From IMG/VR virus record IMGVR_UViG_3300013132_000039, positions 1-64,000 of that record: a DNA stretch of 64,000 bases; one strand, 5' to 3'. The notes beneath the pieces are model-generated. The model was not told the origin of the DNA. It did no database searches and saw nothing but the letters and a program-made list of their open reading frames with translations. Origin of the DNA: a virus. Shown piece after piece: positions 29,820 to 39,885 of this stretch (its first letter is position 1; the number at the start of each line of letters is the position of its first letter). The translations under genes were made by a program, and so were the position numbers.

Positions 29820-31289
29820 ATGACAAGAAGAATATCATCAGGGTACGGGTTCGCATCAGGCGGATTAGGACAAATTCAAGTTATACAAAATACTCTTAGT
29901 ACGTCGGCTGGGGATATTACATTATCCCCTACTTCAGGTGGAATTTTGGACTCAAAGGATATTGTCAGAATTAATAATGCTACAAATTCTACTAGCACTT
30001 CAACTGGTGCTATAAGAGTAAGTGGTCCATTAACAGTAACAGGTTCAGTTAATGTTGGCGGATACATAACTACAACAGCTTGGAATAATGGACCCATAGG
30101 CAGCGTTACACCAGCAGCAGCACGATTTACTACAGTTACAGCTTCAGGCTTGACAACTATAGGCGAAGCAGCTGAAGTATCCTTACCATTAACAGCGGCT
30201 ACCGGTGTTGTGGTACATGATTACACTGTTGCAAATACATTTGTGCATAGCTCAATCAGTGCTAATTTTACAGCTAATTTTACTAATGTTCCTACTACAG
30301 CTAACAGGACTTATACTTTTACACTAGTTCTTAATCAAGGTGCTGTACCATACTATGCCAGCTCGATAGCTATAAATGGATCAGTCCAACCAGTAAATTG
30401 GCAAGGCGGACAATTTAAAGCAAACAATATTGACATTCAATTAATTAGTTTAGTAAGGGCTAATGGTGTATGGACTGTTATTTCAACAATACAAAACCAT
30501 AGCTTACTTTTAGACGGCAGTAGTAGCTCAAGGGCTGCACCTAATGCAAATTACCTATTTAATGCAGGCATTACAACAAGTAATGTTTATTGGATTAATT
30601 TACCTCAGCTAGGACCTACTCAGGTTTATTGTGATATGTCCACTGACGGCGGTCGCTGGATGATGATGGGATACTTAGGTAGTATTGTTGGGGTAGGAAA
30701 CGTACAACAAGCAGTATTTTCTACGTTTGGTACTTTAGCAGCCACAAGAGCTAGCAATCAAACGTCTTTTTGTAGATTAGATATAGCTAAAGCATATCCA
30801 GGAACAGACGGTGGTAATACACAGTTAATGTGGAGACGAACCAGTAATGCAAATATTATAGTAATACACTCTTTAGATGCATTATATGATAGAATGGCTA
30901 CTAATCCAGCAACAAGTAGTCCATTATTAAATTTTACCGATGATCCTAACGGACAAGGCATTGGGAATCCAATTAAAGTTTTTAAAATGTCAAACACTGG
31001 GCCAGCTAACTTAAAGTTGAACGGAGGTGCTAGATATGAAAATGGACCTTCTTATCCAGGATTAGCTTGGAATGGGCCTTATAATGATAATACAGACAGT
31101 ACAGGATCATTTACTAGTTATCTAAATCCCAGAAGCATTCTACAATGGGAAACCGGCGGAGTTGAAAATAATACTCAATGGTTTAGAGGAAGTTCGTTGA
31201 CACTTTCAGCTTCAACAGGTAATTTTGGAAATCAAGCTATGCGAGATGTAGAAATTTATTTTAGATATAATCCGTTAGGAAATTTATAA
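29820..31289 (+). CDS. Tail fibre/receptor-binding protein with a fibrinogen-like C-terminal domain
   Basis: STSTSTGA shaft repeats; YWI...QVYCDMSTDGGRWM is the fibrinogen C-domain motif. Confidence 0.7.
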   Translation: MTRRISSGYGFASGGLGQIQVIQNTLSTSAGDITLSPTSGGILDSKDIVRINNATNSTSTSTGAIRVSGPLTVTGSVNVGGYITTTAWNNGPIGSVTPAAARFTTVTASGLTTIGEAAEVSLPLTAATGVVVHDYTVANTFVHSSISANFTANFTNVPTTANRTYTFTLVLNQGAVPYYASSIAINGSVQPVNWQGGQFKANNIDIQLISLVRANGVWTVISTIQNHSLLLDGSSSSRAAPNANYLFNAGITTSNVYWINLPQLGPTQVYCDMSTDGGRWMMMGYLGSIVGVGNVQQAVFSTFGTLAATRASNQTSFCRLDIAKAYPGTDGGNTQLMWRRTSNANIIVIHSLDALYDRMATNPATSSPLLNFTDDPNGQGIGNPIKVFKMSNTGPANLKLNGGARYENGPSYPGLAWNGPYNDNTDSTGSFTSYLNPRSILQWETGGVENNTQWFRGSSLTLSASTGNFGNQAMRDVEIYFRYNPLGNL

Positions 31290-31290
31290 T

Positions 31291-32652
31291 ATGCCAAGAA
31301 AGATTTCACAAGGTACGGCTGTTACAGGAGCAAGTGGTGGAGCTGGAACACTATTAGTAACAGGGACCAATGTAAGTACACAGGATGTAAACGGTGACAT
31401 AACGTTTAGTCCTGCTAATACTTTAATTGTTCCTTCAAGATTCGTTGTTAGTAATACAACACCAAGCACAACAACAGCTACAGGAGCAATAACCACAACT
31501 GGTGGCGTGGGTGTAGCAGGTGCAATTAGTATAACTGGTGCATTAAATAGCACTGGAGGTCTTAGTAATGCTCCTGTAGGAAATGTAAATCCAAGCACAG
31601 GTGTGTTTACAGACTTAACAGTAACTTCTATGACTTACGAAGAAACTAGTGAAGTTCTTGTTCCGTTGTCAGGAGCAACTGGTGTTGTAGTTCATAATTT
31701 TGCATTAGGTATGAATTTTTCACATACAGGTATTGCAGCAAACTTTACGGCTAATTTTACTAATATGCCTACTACTGACAATAGAAAGTATGAATTAACA
31801 TTATATTTGACTCAGGGCGCGACCGGGTATCTTGCTACAGCAGTACAAATAGATGGAGCAAGTGTAAATATCTACTGGGCAGGTGGAACATTTCCTACTG
31901 TAGGATCTAGTAGTTTTGATACTCAAAGCTTTACATTAATTAGATCCGGTGGTGCTTGGACCGTCTTTTCATCCTTAAATGTAAACGGACAAAATTATCC
32001 AGGAAGTAGCCAAACAAATCCGGCACCTAATGGGTATTGGATAGCAAACAATATTAGACAACCTTTTAGCCTAACTTCAGGAACGTTCTGGATTAAAAGT
32101 GCTAAAATGCCCAATGCTCTACAAATGTATGTAGACTTAAACTACGAAAGTGGCGGCTATGACTTTTATAATATATCAGCAGGTACAGCGATAACCAAGT
32201 ACGGTGAACAGCATAGTGGTTGTGCTTTGGGATTAGATCTTGTTTACCCTAGAAGTGTACTCCATTGGCGTGCAATGACAGATTATGTTAGAAATATTAT
32301 AGGCAGTGCAAACAATGACTATTTCCAAACTGCATATGTAGTTTATAGGAACACTTCAACTACTGGCGGAACTGTCAACGGAAATTATAGTACCTATATT
32401 ATGAGAAATCCTAGATTTTATGCTTCAGGAGCTCCTGATTGGAAAACTGGAGATGGTGGCAGATGGTGGTTAAGAGATAGCACATTTACTGATCCTAGCG
32501 GAGACTATTCAGAACGTAATTTTCTAGGTATCGGAGCAGCTGGATATACTCATCCAAATCCTTACACAGGACAAGATATTCAACTTAATGATAATACAGC
32601 AGGTTATAGTACAGGTACTAGGTACTTAGTAAGCACTAATGCTAAACCTTAA
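31291..32652 (+). CDS. Tail fibre/receptor-binding protein
   Basis: TGAITTTGGVGVAG shaft; shared ANFTANFTN module; FWIK...MYVDLNYESGGY tip domain. Confidence 0.7.
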   Translation: MPRKISQGTAVTGASGGAGTLLVTGTNVSTQDVNGDITFSPANTLIVPSRFVVSNTTPSTTTATGAITTTGGVGVAGAISITGALNSTGGLSNAPVGNVNPSTGVFTDLTVTSMTYEETSEVLVPLSGATGVVVHNFALGMNFSHTGIAANFTANFTNMPTTDNRKYELTLYLTQGATGYLATAVQIDGASVNIYWAGGTFPTVGSSSFDTQSFTLIRSGGAWTVFSSLNVNGQNYPGSSQTNPAPNGYWIANNIRQPFSLTSGTFWIKSAKMPNALQMYVDLNYESGGYDFYNISAGTAITKYGEQHSGCALGLDLVYPRSVLHWRAMTDYVRNIIGSANNDYFQTAYVVYRNTSTTGGTVNGNYSTYIMRNPRFYASGAPDWKTGDGGRWWLRDSTFTDPSGDYSERNFLGIGAAGYTHPNPYTGQDIQLNDNTAGYSTGTRYLVSTNAKP

Positions 32653-32663
32653 TGGAGTAAAAA

Positions 32664-34355
32664 GTGGCAAGAACAACTAGATCAGGTGTAGCAGGCAGCG
32701 CAGCAAGTGGATTGGGTGGATTATCAGTTCAAGATACAACAATTACTACATTGACTTCCGGCGAAAATATAACATTAAATGCTCCAGGAACTGGAGTTAC
32801 TATTTCTACAACACCTTTGGTGGCTAGTAATACTACAGGAGCTATAACAGGTCTTACAGCTACATTGGCTACAGGTACAGCGATTGTAACTATCACAGGT
32901 GTAGGACAAACAACAAATGGTCTTTTAGTAGGACAATCTCTTACAGTTACAGCAGGAACTGGATTATTTGGCGTAGGAGCAACAATATCTAGTATAGATA
33001 GTTTAACTCAGTTTACAATGAGTGCCAATCATAATACATCAGGAGCTGTAACATTTAGTCAAACTGCTGCTCCAGGATTAGGAGTAGTAGGTGGTGTAGG
33101 TATTGCACAGGATTTATTTGCTGGTGGAACCTTAACTGTATTAGGTGGATTCAGTGCTCCTATCGGAATTTCTCCTGCGGTATCAAGTACAGGTGCTTTT
33201 ACTAGCTTACAAAGTACTGGATTGCAGCTAGTTACAAGTTCAGTCGACGCTGTCGCAGTAAAAACTAATGCTACTTTAACAGTGAACCATGATTTTAACG
33301 AAAGTAATATTTGGTATCATTATAACATAACTAGCGATTTTACTCTTAATCTTATTAATGTGCCTACTACTAATGATAGAGTGTTGGCTGTTAGCGTAGT
33401 TCTTGTTCAAGGAGCCACAGGTCGTGCTGTTACAGGGTTTCAAATAGATGGAGTTGCACAGACCTTAAGATACCCAGGATACATAGCTATTAGCGGTACA
33501 GCTAGTAGGACTGAAGTACAAACGTTTGTACTCCAACGCTCAAGTAATGCATGGACAGTACGAACCTATATGAGTACTTATGGAGAAGCTATAGGATCAA
33601 GTCCGTTAAATCCTGCTTCTAGTGCAGACGCGATTAAAACTGCCAATGCTAGCGCAACCAGTGGACTATATTGGATTAAAGGATCAACTTGGACTTATCC
33701 AGCTTTATGCTATTGCGAAATGACACTACACGGAGGCGGATGGGTTTATTTGATGCAACGCCTTTGTACAAATGATCAAGGACTACCGTCTACTTATTTG
33801 ACTGCTCCAGCTGCTGGATTGCCAAATCACGCTAGCTCTGATTTTTACGGAACAAGAGATCTGTTAAATAACTCTTTAACAGTGCAGGCTATGTGGAATG
33901 GTATTGTTGGAGCAGCAGGTTCAGGAAAAATATTTGCAAGAGAAATGCAGATAGTTGGCGGAACTTATGATGAAGCACAAAGATATGTTTCTTCGGTTGA
34001 TGCTGGAGCTATAGATTGGACAGCTTTTCAAAGATTTTTTGCAGGTAATTTTGTAAATGGAACATTTACCTCAACAAATTTATCTGTTTGGTATAATAAT
34101 GGAAATAACGTAGCATTAAACAAACGAGGATTTAGTTATAGTGCTCCTTACCTGGCCACAATAAATTCAGGAGCTACTAACGATACTGATTTATGGTTTT
34201 GTAACGGAGCAGACGGTGACAGTGCTACAGGTGCTAATTGGAGCTTTGCCCTACAAAAAGGCGGCGCTGCTCCTCCTGCAACAGCAACAACAGCTAATGG
34301 TGGAAATCGACACAGTGGAAGATCAAGATGGGCAATAATAGCTATAAAAGCATAA
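32664..34355 (+). CDS. Tail fibre/receptor-binding protein with a fibrinogen-like domain
   Basis: GGVGIAQDL shaft; SGLYWIK...CYCEMTLHGGGW; GTG start behind GGAG. Confidence 0.7.
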   Translation: MARTTRSGVAGSAASGLGGLSVQDTTITTLTSGENITLNAPGTGVTISTTPLVASNTTGAITGLTATLATGTAIVTITGVGQTTNGLLVGQSLTVTAGTGLFGVGATISSIDSLTQFTMSANHNTSGAVTFSQTAAPGLGVVGGVGIAQDLFAGGTLTVLGGFSAPIGISPAVSSTGAFTSLQSTGLQLVTSSVDAVAVKTNATLTVNHDFNESNIWYHYNITSDFTLNLINVPTTNDRVLAVSVVLVQGATGRAVTGFQIDGVAQTLRYPGYIAISGTASRTEVQTFVLQRSSNAWTVRTYMSTYGEAIGSSPLNPASSADAIKTANASATSGLYWIKGSTWTYPALCYCEMTLHGGGWVYLMQRLCTNDQGLPSTYLTAPAAGLPNHASSDFYGTRDLLNNSLTVQAMWNGIVGAAGSGKIFAREMQIVGGTYDEAQRYVSSVDAGAIDWTAFQRFFAGNFVNGTFTSTNLSVWYNNGNNVALNKRGFSYSAPYLATINSGATNDTDLWFCNGADGDSATGANWSFALQKGGAAPPATATTANGGNRHSGRSRWAIIAIKA

Positions 34356-34364
34356 GGAGAAAAA

Positions 34365-35564
34365 ATGGGTTTTTTTAATAAAGCATCACAAAGTTCAGCA
34401 GGAAAATATTACGAAAAGCCATCTCCAGGATTCACTGCACCAGATACTGCACAAATATCCGGTGCTAATAACGGGGCTAGTGTTAGTGTAGGAACATTTA
34501 CTCCCTTAACAGACCCGTTTGGAAGAGGAAGAACAACCTGGTCATTTAATGGAGATCTTCCTCCAGGATGGACTTTTAATAGTGTAAATGGTCAGATCAC
34601 TATGCAAAGTATTTTAGGTGGGTTGAATGCTGAATTTGTCGTTTATAGATTTAGTGTAACAGCAAGCGAAATCGTTCCAAATTATAATCAAACTAGAACA
34701 GTTACAAGAAAATATAGTATTAGTTTAACAACTGCTTGGATTAATAGACAGATTATAACACAGGTTTATATGGCGGGAGGTTACCAAAATGGTGTAGTTT
34801 GGTCAAATGTTAATAGAACCACTGCTGCCACCGACACTACTGTAAATTTAGGCGACGGAACTATTAATAACTTTCATTATAAATCAGGCGCCTGCGGATA
34901 TACTAAACTGTATATTTGGAATAATACCACCACTGCATTTAATATGAGAACTGAAGTGAGATCAAATTCAGGGCAAAGTGTTGCTTCAGCTAATAGTGGA
35001 ACTGCCTTTGAGCCAAATAGAGAATACGCTTGGTGTAACGGTGAAGGAGCAGGCCAGGTTAGAAAATGGACTTTTAGTACAGAAACTGTAGCCAACTTAG
35101 GCAATGGATGGAATGATCACGCTGCCAGTATTTCAGGGGAATTCCGCGGAATTTTTTGGGGAAATAGCGCCCAAACAGCGAGAACAATATTTGCCACAGA
35201 TGCGTGGGCTTATATGGGACATAGTGCTGGAGCTCACGGGCAACAAAAAGGCCTAATGGCAAAAACAGGATTTGGGTATGGTGGAAATCAAGGAAACTAT
35301 AACGGCGGATATCAATTTAGAAAAACTAATATTGAAACAGAAACTGGAGCGGGCACATTTAGTAAACTTCATGGAAACTACGGTGAAGAGAACTTTGGTA
35401 TGGCACAAACAGCAGGATACTTATTAGGGCAATATAATGGAGCACAAAACAATGCTTCTTTTAAATATACATATGCTACTGATAGTGGATTTACTGGCGG
35501 TGCAACATTAGAACCAAAAGGACACGGAGGATGCAGTTCAGGACACTGTGGCTGGAGGGATTAA
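34365..35564 (+). CDS. Virion protein with a putative Ig (He_PIG-like) domain and Gly-rich propeller-like repeats
   Basis: GDLPPGWTFNSVNGQI Ig motif; repeats of GY..GG...(F/Y)xTET; C-terminal HGGCSSGHC. Confidence 0.6.
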   Translation: MGFFNKASQSSAGKYYEKPSPGFTAPDTAQISGANNGASVSVGTFTPLTDPFGRGRTTWSFNGDLPPGWTFNSVNGQITMQSILGGLNAEFVVYRFSVTASEIVPNYNQTRTVTRKYSISLTTAWINRQIITQVYMAGGYQNGVVWSNVNRTTAATDTTVNLGDGTINNFHYKSGACGYTKLYIWNNTTTAFNMRTEVRSNSGQSVASANSGTAFEPNREYAWCNGEGAGQVRKWTFSTETVANLGNGWNDHAASISGEFRGIFWGNSAQTARTIFATDAWAYMGHSAGAHGQQKGLMAKTGFGYGGNQGNYNGGYQFRKTNIETETGAGTFSKLHGNYGEENFGMAQTAGYLLGQYNGAQNNASFKYTYATDSGFTGGATLEPKGHGGCSSGHCGWRD

Positions 35565-35593
35565 TAAGATAATTAACTTTTTAAGAGAATACA

Positions 35594-36442
35594 ATGACAA
35601 ACTTAGTTAATTTTCCAATAAATCTTTTTGACAAATATGATGAGTTTACTCCTCACGACTCATCAACTACTCATAATAGATTGCTATCTTCAGAGCAAAA
35701 AGCTATTGTAGAAAAGGCAATGAACATTACATTTGTTAATCCTAAATTTAAAATGGAGCATTTTGTTACAAGTGGACAGATTACTCCATACAGTGCATTA
35801 AAACAATGGGTCTTAGAGCTTAAGGGACACGAAGAAACTACTGAAAACTACGAGCACACAATTCGAAAGTTAGACTTAGAAATAGAAGTTTTAGAATTAA
35901 GATCAAAACGCTCAGACGATGAGATAGAAAAGAGACTGATAGAAATAGAATTATTAGAAAAAAGTAAACAAAATAAACAAAACAAAAGAAGACTAAAACA
36001 ACTATACATTGAAAGAGAGCAATTTGTAGAGCTTATTCAAGAATTCTTAGAAAAGCCAGAAAGTAAGACCCCAGATGGCAGAAGTTTATTAGACATCTTT
36101 GAAACACCGGAAGAAGAAGAATATGAAAAACAATATTGGTCAGTGAGGTTGGCCAGACAGGCAGCAATGGATATAAGTTCTTACGGTAAAATTAGTCACG
36201 GTAACTTAGATGCGATTTGCCAATTGCCTCCTGAAATGCAAAATCAAACCTTAGCATTAGCTCACGAGGTAAGTTTAAAAATAGAATCGGCAAATGATTA
36301 TATTAGAAATGAAACACATAAACATTTGTTAGCCAATGACAAAGAATATAAAGATAATACCAGCAGCAATAACAAATCTACACCAAAAATTTCGCTGACT
36401 GAATACAAGGAAGGAAATATTAACGATGTTTATCGTAGTTGA
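35594..36442 (+). CDS. Hypothetical coiled-coil protein
   Basis: 282 aa, helical; EKQYWSVRLARQAAMDI. Confidence 0.7.
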   Translation: MTNLVNFPINLFDKYDEFTPHDSSTTHNRLLSSEQKAIVEKAMNITFVNPKFKMEHFVTSGQITPYSALKQWVLELKGHEETTENYEHTIRKLDLEIEVLELRSKRSDDEIEKRLIEIELLEKSKQNKQNKRRLKQLYIEREQFVELIQEFLEKPESKTPDGRSLLDIFETPEEEEYEKQYWSVRLARQAAMDISSYGKISHGNLDAICQLPPEMQNQTLALAHEVSLKIESANDYIRNETHKHLLANDKEYKDNTSSNNKSTPKISLTEYKEGNINDVYRS

Positions 36443-36980
36443 AAGTTATGCCTCTAATGATCCAAGAGTAGTTCCAGAAATGGAATATATTGATCATTAT
36501 AATGATTGGCTGTTTGATGTTGTGTATATACGACCAGAAAACGTTACTAAAGTTCCTTTAAACCAAATGAACTATGAAGAAGTACCTGAAGCAGTTGCTC
36601 GCGCAGCCAAGTTTAGTAAGGCAGACCCTAATTTTCGTTGTAGCTTTGAAGAAAATGGTCCAGAATTGAGTGAAATTCCGAATCAGACGTTAGATGAACA
36701 CGCTACAAAATATAAAAAATATTATAATCTTACTGAGCAAGATAAATCATTGTTAGTTGAATATTATAAAATTCAGATGAGATTATATATTAATTTTCAT
36801 TATAGATTTTTATCTCCAGAGATTGTAATGCGAAACGTACAATTTAGGCAAAACCTTGTCACCGAAATAAACAGTTTAAGTTCTGTTGAGGAATGTAGAA
36901 GTATTTTACATACAAAATTTGACTGCCATACAGCACATACAGCTAATAGTGGACCATCTAAATTAGATTTACACAGATAA
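36426..36980 (+). CDS. Hypothetical protein
   Basis: 184 aa ORF overlapping the previous stop. Confidence 0.65.
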   Translation: MFIVVESYASNDPRVVPEMEYIDHYNDWLFDVVYIRPENVTKVPLNQMNYEEVPEAVARAAKFSKADPNFRCSFEENGPELSEIPNQTLDEHATKYKKYYNLTEQDKSLLVEYYKIQMRLYINFHYRFLSPEIVMRNVQFRQNLVTEINSLSSVEECRSILHTKFDCHTAHTANSGPSKLDLHR

Positions 36981-36981
36981 A

Positions 36982-37587
36982 TTGATTTTTTTAAAAGACT
37001 ATATAGAAATTGATCAGTTTTTATCTAAGGATGATCAACACAAACTATTACATCATTTAATACATCCTAGTTTTCCCTGGGCAATGAGCCTAGATGCTGT
37101 TTACGGATCAGACGGCATAACTTATAATGAAAACTCAACTATAGGATTTTATCATACTTTACTTTATCAAGGTGAACCTTGCTCATCGGAGCTATCTAAA
37201 CTTTCCTGGGTGGCAGATAAACTTTATCATACTGATTTTAAATTTTTTACTGTAGATAAACTTTTAAGATTTAGAATAGGATTTTTCACAAAACATTTTA
37301 CTACAAAAGCACACAGTCCTCATATTGATTCAGAAATTGATCATTGGACCTGTGTTTATTATGTTAATCAGTGTGACGGAGATACTGTTGTATATCAAGA
37401 CCAATTTCCACAATTACAGCAGAATTATGTTAAAGATTATAAATTTACTGAAAGATACCGTTGTAAACCTAAAATGGGAAAGCTTGTTACATTTGATGGA
37501 AAGTACTATCATAGCAGCAGTTACCCTACTATCAATCCTTTTAGGTTAGCTATCACTTTTAATTTTACTGTTAAGAAAAATACTTAA
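36982..37587 (+). CDS. 2OG-Fe(II) oxygenase
   Basis: PHID (HxD), YYVN.CDGDT, FDGKYYHSS (distal His) and RLAITFNF. Confidence 0.8.
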   Translation: MIFLKDYIEIDQFLSKDDQHKLLHHLIHPSFPWAMSLDAVYGSDGITYNENSTIGFYHTLLYQGEPCSSELSKLSWVADKLYHTDFKFFTVDKLLRFRIGFFTKHFTTKAHSPHIDSEIDHWTCVYYVNQCDGDTVVYQDQFPQLQQNYVKDYKFTERYRCKPKMGKLVTFDGKYYHSSSYPTINPFRLAITFNFTVKKNT

Positions 37588-37610
37588 ATAAAATCACTAC
37601 AGAGACTAAA

Positions 37611-38216
37611 ATGTTTGATGATTTTATTGGTGTGTTTGACAATGTTCTAGATAACGACAGCTGTCATAAAATAATTGAATACTATGAAAATTTAAAATCC
37701 TTAAATTTAGTGTATTCTCGTCAATCGTTAAAGGATGGCTTAGCACATTATAAAAACGACGAGACTGCATTTTTGCTTCAGTATGACACTATCACAACAA
37801 TGAAAAAAAATCCTGTACTACAAGATTTTTTAAAAGAGTTTTGGAAATGTTACGAAATTTATGCAGAAGAATATAGTTTATTGTTTGAAAGTGGTTTACA
37901 CGGAATCAACAGTATAAGGTTACAAAAAACTAGACCTGGTCAAGGATTTCATATGTGGCATTATGAATCCAGTGAATATATAACAGCAAACAGAGTTATA
38001 GCTTGGACCTTATACTTAAACACAGTAGTAGAAGGTGGCGAAACAGAATTTTTGTACTACAAAAAACGTATAACTGCTAAACAAGGAAGATTGATTATTT
38101 GGCCAGCAGGTTTTACTCATACTCACAGAGGCAACTCTCCACTTTCAAATGACAAGTATATAATTACAGGTTGGTTAGAATTTATAGGCGGAAATAATGA
38201 CAAGAAAAATTTTTAG
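37611..38216 (+). CDS. 2OG-Fe(II) oxygenase, prolyl-4-hydroxylase-like
   Basis: WHYE (HxE), LYLN..EGGETEF, IWPAGFTHTHRG and KYIITGW. Confidence 0.9.
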   Translation: MFDDFIGVFDNVLDNDSCHKIIEYYENLKSLNLVYSRQSLKDGLAHYKNDETAFLLQYDTITTMKKNPVLQDFLKEFWKCYEIYAEEYSLLFESGLHGINSIRLQKTRPGQGFHMWHYESSEYITANRVIAWTLYLNTVVEGGETEFLYYKKRITAKQGRLIIWPAGFTHTHRGNSPLSNDKYIITGWLEFIGGNNDKKNF

Positions 38217-39885
38217 TGTACCCCTAAATCCAAAATTGGATCCACAAGAATACTTTGACTTTATGAACTTTTGTCAAGATTATAAAGACTGGATAGCTGA
38301 TATTTACGTAACATTACGTATACCACCATTTAACCAAGATGCAATGGGGGATGTTATTATATTAGAAGAAGCGAAACTAAGCCTAATAGAAGCTGCTCTT
38401 AACCTTCACAATTCTACAGACATTCCACTAAGTGCAACTTTCAATAATATTCAAGTACCTCCTACTCAAAAAAATCTAGATATTTTTATTAAAAATTACC
38501 AAAAACTTTATTCTTTAGGAATCAAAACACTTGTAGTTCCGCATACTCATTGGGTGGCTACAGGTCAAATACAAGCAGCTTTTCCCGGAGTTTATATAAA
38601 AAATACTATTCTACGTGATGTTCATACTGCTCAAGAAATAGTTAATTTAGCCAAATACGGGTTTGATTATATCAACCTTGATCGAGACCTAATGCGGGAT
38701 AAAGAAAAATTATTAGAAATTAAACGAGCCAAAGAGTTTGTAAAAAAAGAATACGGTAAAGATATCGCAATTAGTTTATTAGCTAACGAAGGATGTGTAG
38801 GACAGTGTCCTATGATGGTTGAACATTTCGAATATAATAATAATAGAACAGAAACACAGCCGCAATACTTTTTTGATCCTATTAGCAGAACAACCTGTCC
38901 TAAGTGGGATGTTGAAGATCCTGCTATAGCTTTAAAAACAGCTAATTTTAGCCCCTGGAAAGCAGACTGGGATTACTACTTAGATGAGCTAGGCATTGAT
39001 GTTTTTAAGATGCACGGACGTGAAGATAAAGGTCGTTTGCAAGAAACAATGACACTAATTTCTAGATATGTAAACCAAGAAACATTTGTAGATCCAGGTT
39101 TTGAACAATGGTGCCAAGAAACTAACATAGTAGGTAAACCTATAGAGCTTTGGCGTGAAAAAATTAAAACCTGCAGATTTGAATGTTGGGAATGCCAATA
39201 TTGCGATAAAATACACGAAAAAAAATCTGATTTAGATTATACACCGTTAGTTAAACATGTAGCTCAATCTATTGCTGATTCAGGAGTACCTAAAATTTTT
39301 GTTGATGTTCCCGGTCTAACAAGCCCTCGTGTGCAAACTTTAATAAATCATCTAGCTTCAGGAGTAGGCACTTATATGGAAGTAGGTTCATATTTAGGAG
39401 CAACAGCAATAGCAGCTTTAAAAAATAATAATATAAAAGCAGCCTTTATAGATAATTGGAAGCAGGTACCTCAACCTAAAAAAGAAGGGTTTAAGGTAGC
39501 GGATATTAGTAGTAAAGAAATTTTTGCCAATAATATAAAACCGTATGTAGAAAATTCATTTGTAACTATACTAGATAACGATCTTTTTGAAGTTCCTATA
39601 TGGGAATTCAATCAAGCAGTACAATTTCTGTTTTATGACGGGCTTCACGACAAAGAAACTACTAAAAAAGCTGTAATGTTTTATTATTCTGCATTAGCTG
39701 AAGAATCTATTTTAGTTATGGACGATGCTAATTGGGCAGGAGTAGTAGAAGGAACTAGAGAAGCGTTAGCAGAGCTAGGAGCACAGGTTACTTATGAACG
39801 TCTACTTCTTAATGATGAAGAAAATTTAGAAGAATGGTGGAATGGACTACTTATTTGTGTTATAAGGAAAAATAATGTTAATTAA
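38197..39885 (+). CDS. U32-family (Fe-S hydroxylase-like) domain fused to a class I SAM methyltransferase
   Basis: N-half: INLDRDL, NEGCVGQCP...C, DVFKMHGRE (cf. U32 DSLKIEGR) and CRFECWECQYC. C-half: MEVGSYLGAT, FYDGLH and LVMDD. Confidence 0.75.
   Translation: MTRKIFSVPLNPKLDPQEYFDFMNFCQDYKDWIADIYVTLRIPPFNQDAMGDVIILEEAKLSLIEAALNLHNSTDIPLSATFNNIQVPPTQKNLDIFIKNYQKLYSLGIKTLVVPHTHWVATGQIQAAFPGVYIKNTILRDVHTAQEIVNLAKYGFDYINLDRDLMRDKEKLLEIKRAKEFVKKEYGKDIAISLLANEGCVGQCPMMVEHFEYNNNRTETQPQYFFDPISRTTCPKWDVEDPAIALKTANFSPWKADWDYYLDELGIDVFKMHGREDKGRLQETMTLISRYVNQETFVDPGFEQWCQETNIVGKPIELWREKIKTCRFECWECQYCDKIHEKKSDLDYTPLVKHVAQSIADSGVPKIFVDVPGLTSPRVQTLINHLASGVGTYMEVGSYLGATAIAALKNNNIKAAFIDNWKQVPQPKKEGFKVADISSKEIFANNIKPYVENSFVTILDNDLFEVPIWEFNQAVQFLFYDGLHDKETTKKAVMFYYSALAEESILVMDDANWAGVVEGTREALAELGAQVTYERLLLNDEENLEEWWNGLLICVIRKNNVN

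Noticed and set aside
29820-35564. Diversity-generating retroelement acting on the fibre tips
   Set aside because: No reverse transcriptase and no TR/VR pair differing at adenines was seen; similarity between fibres is at the protein level only.
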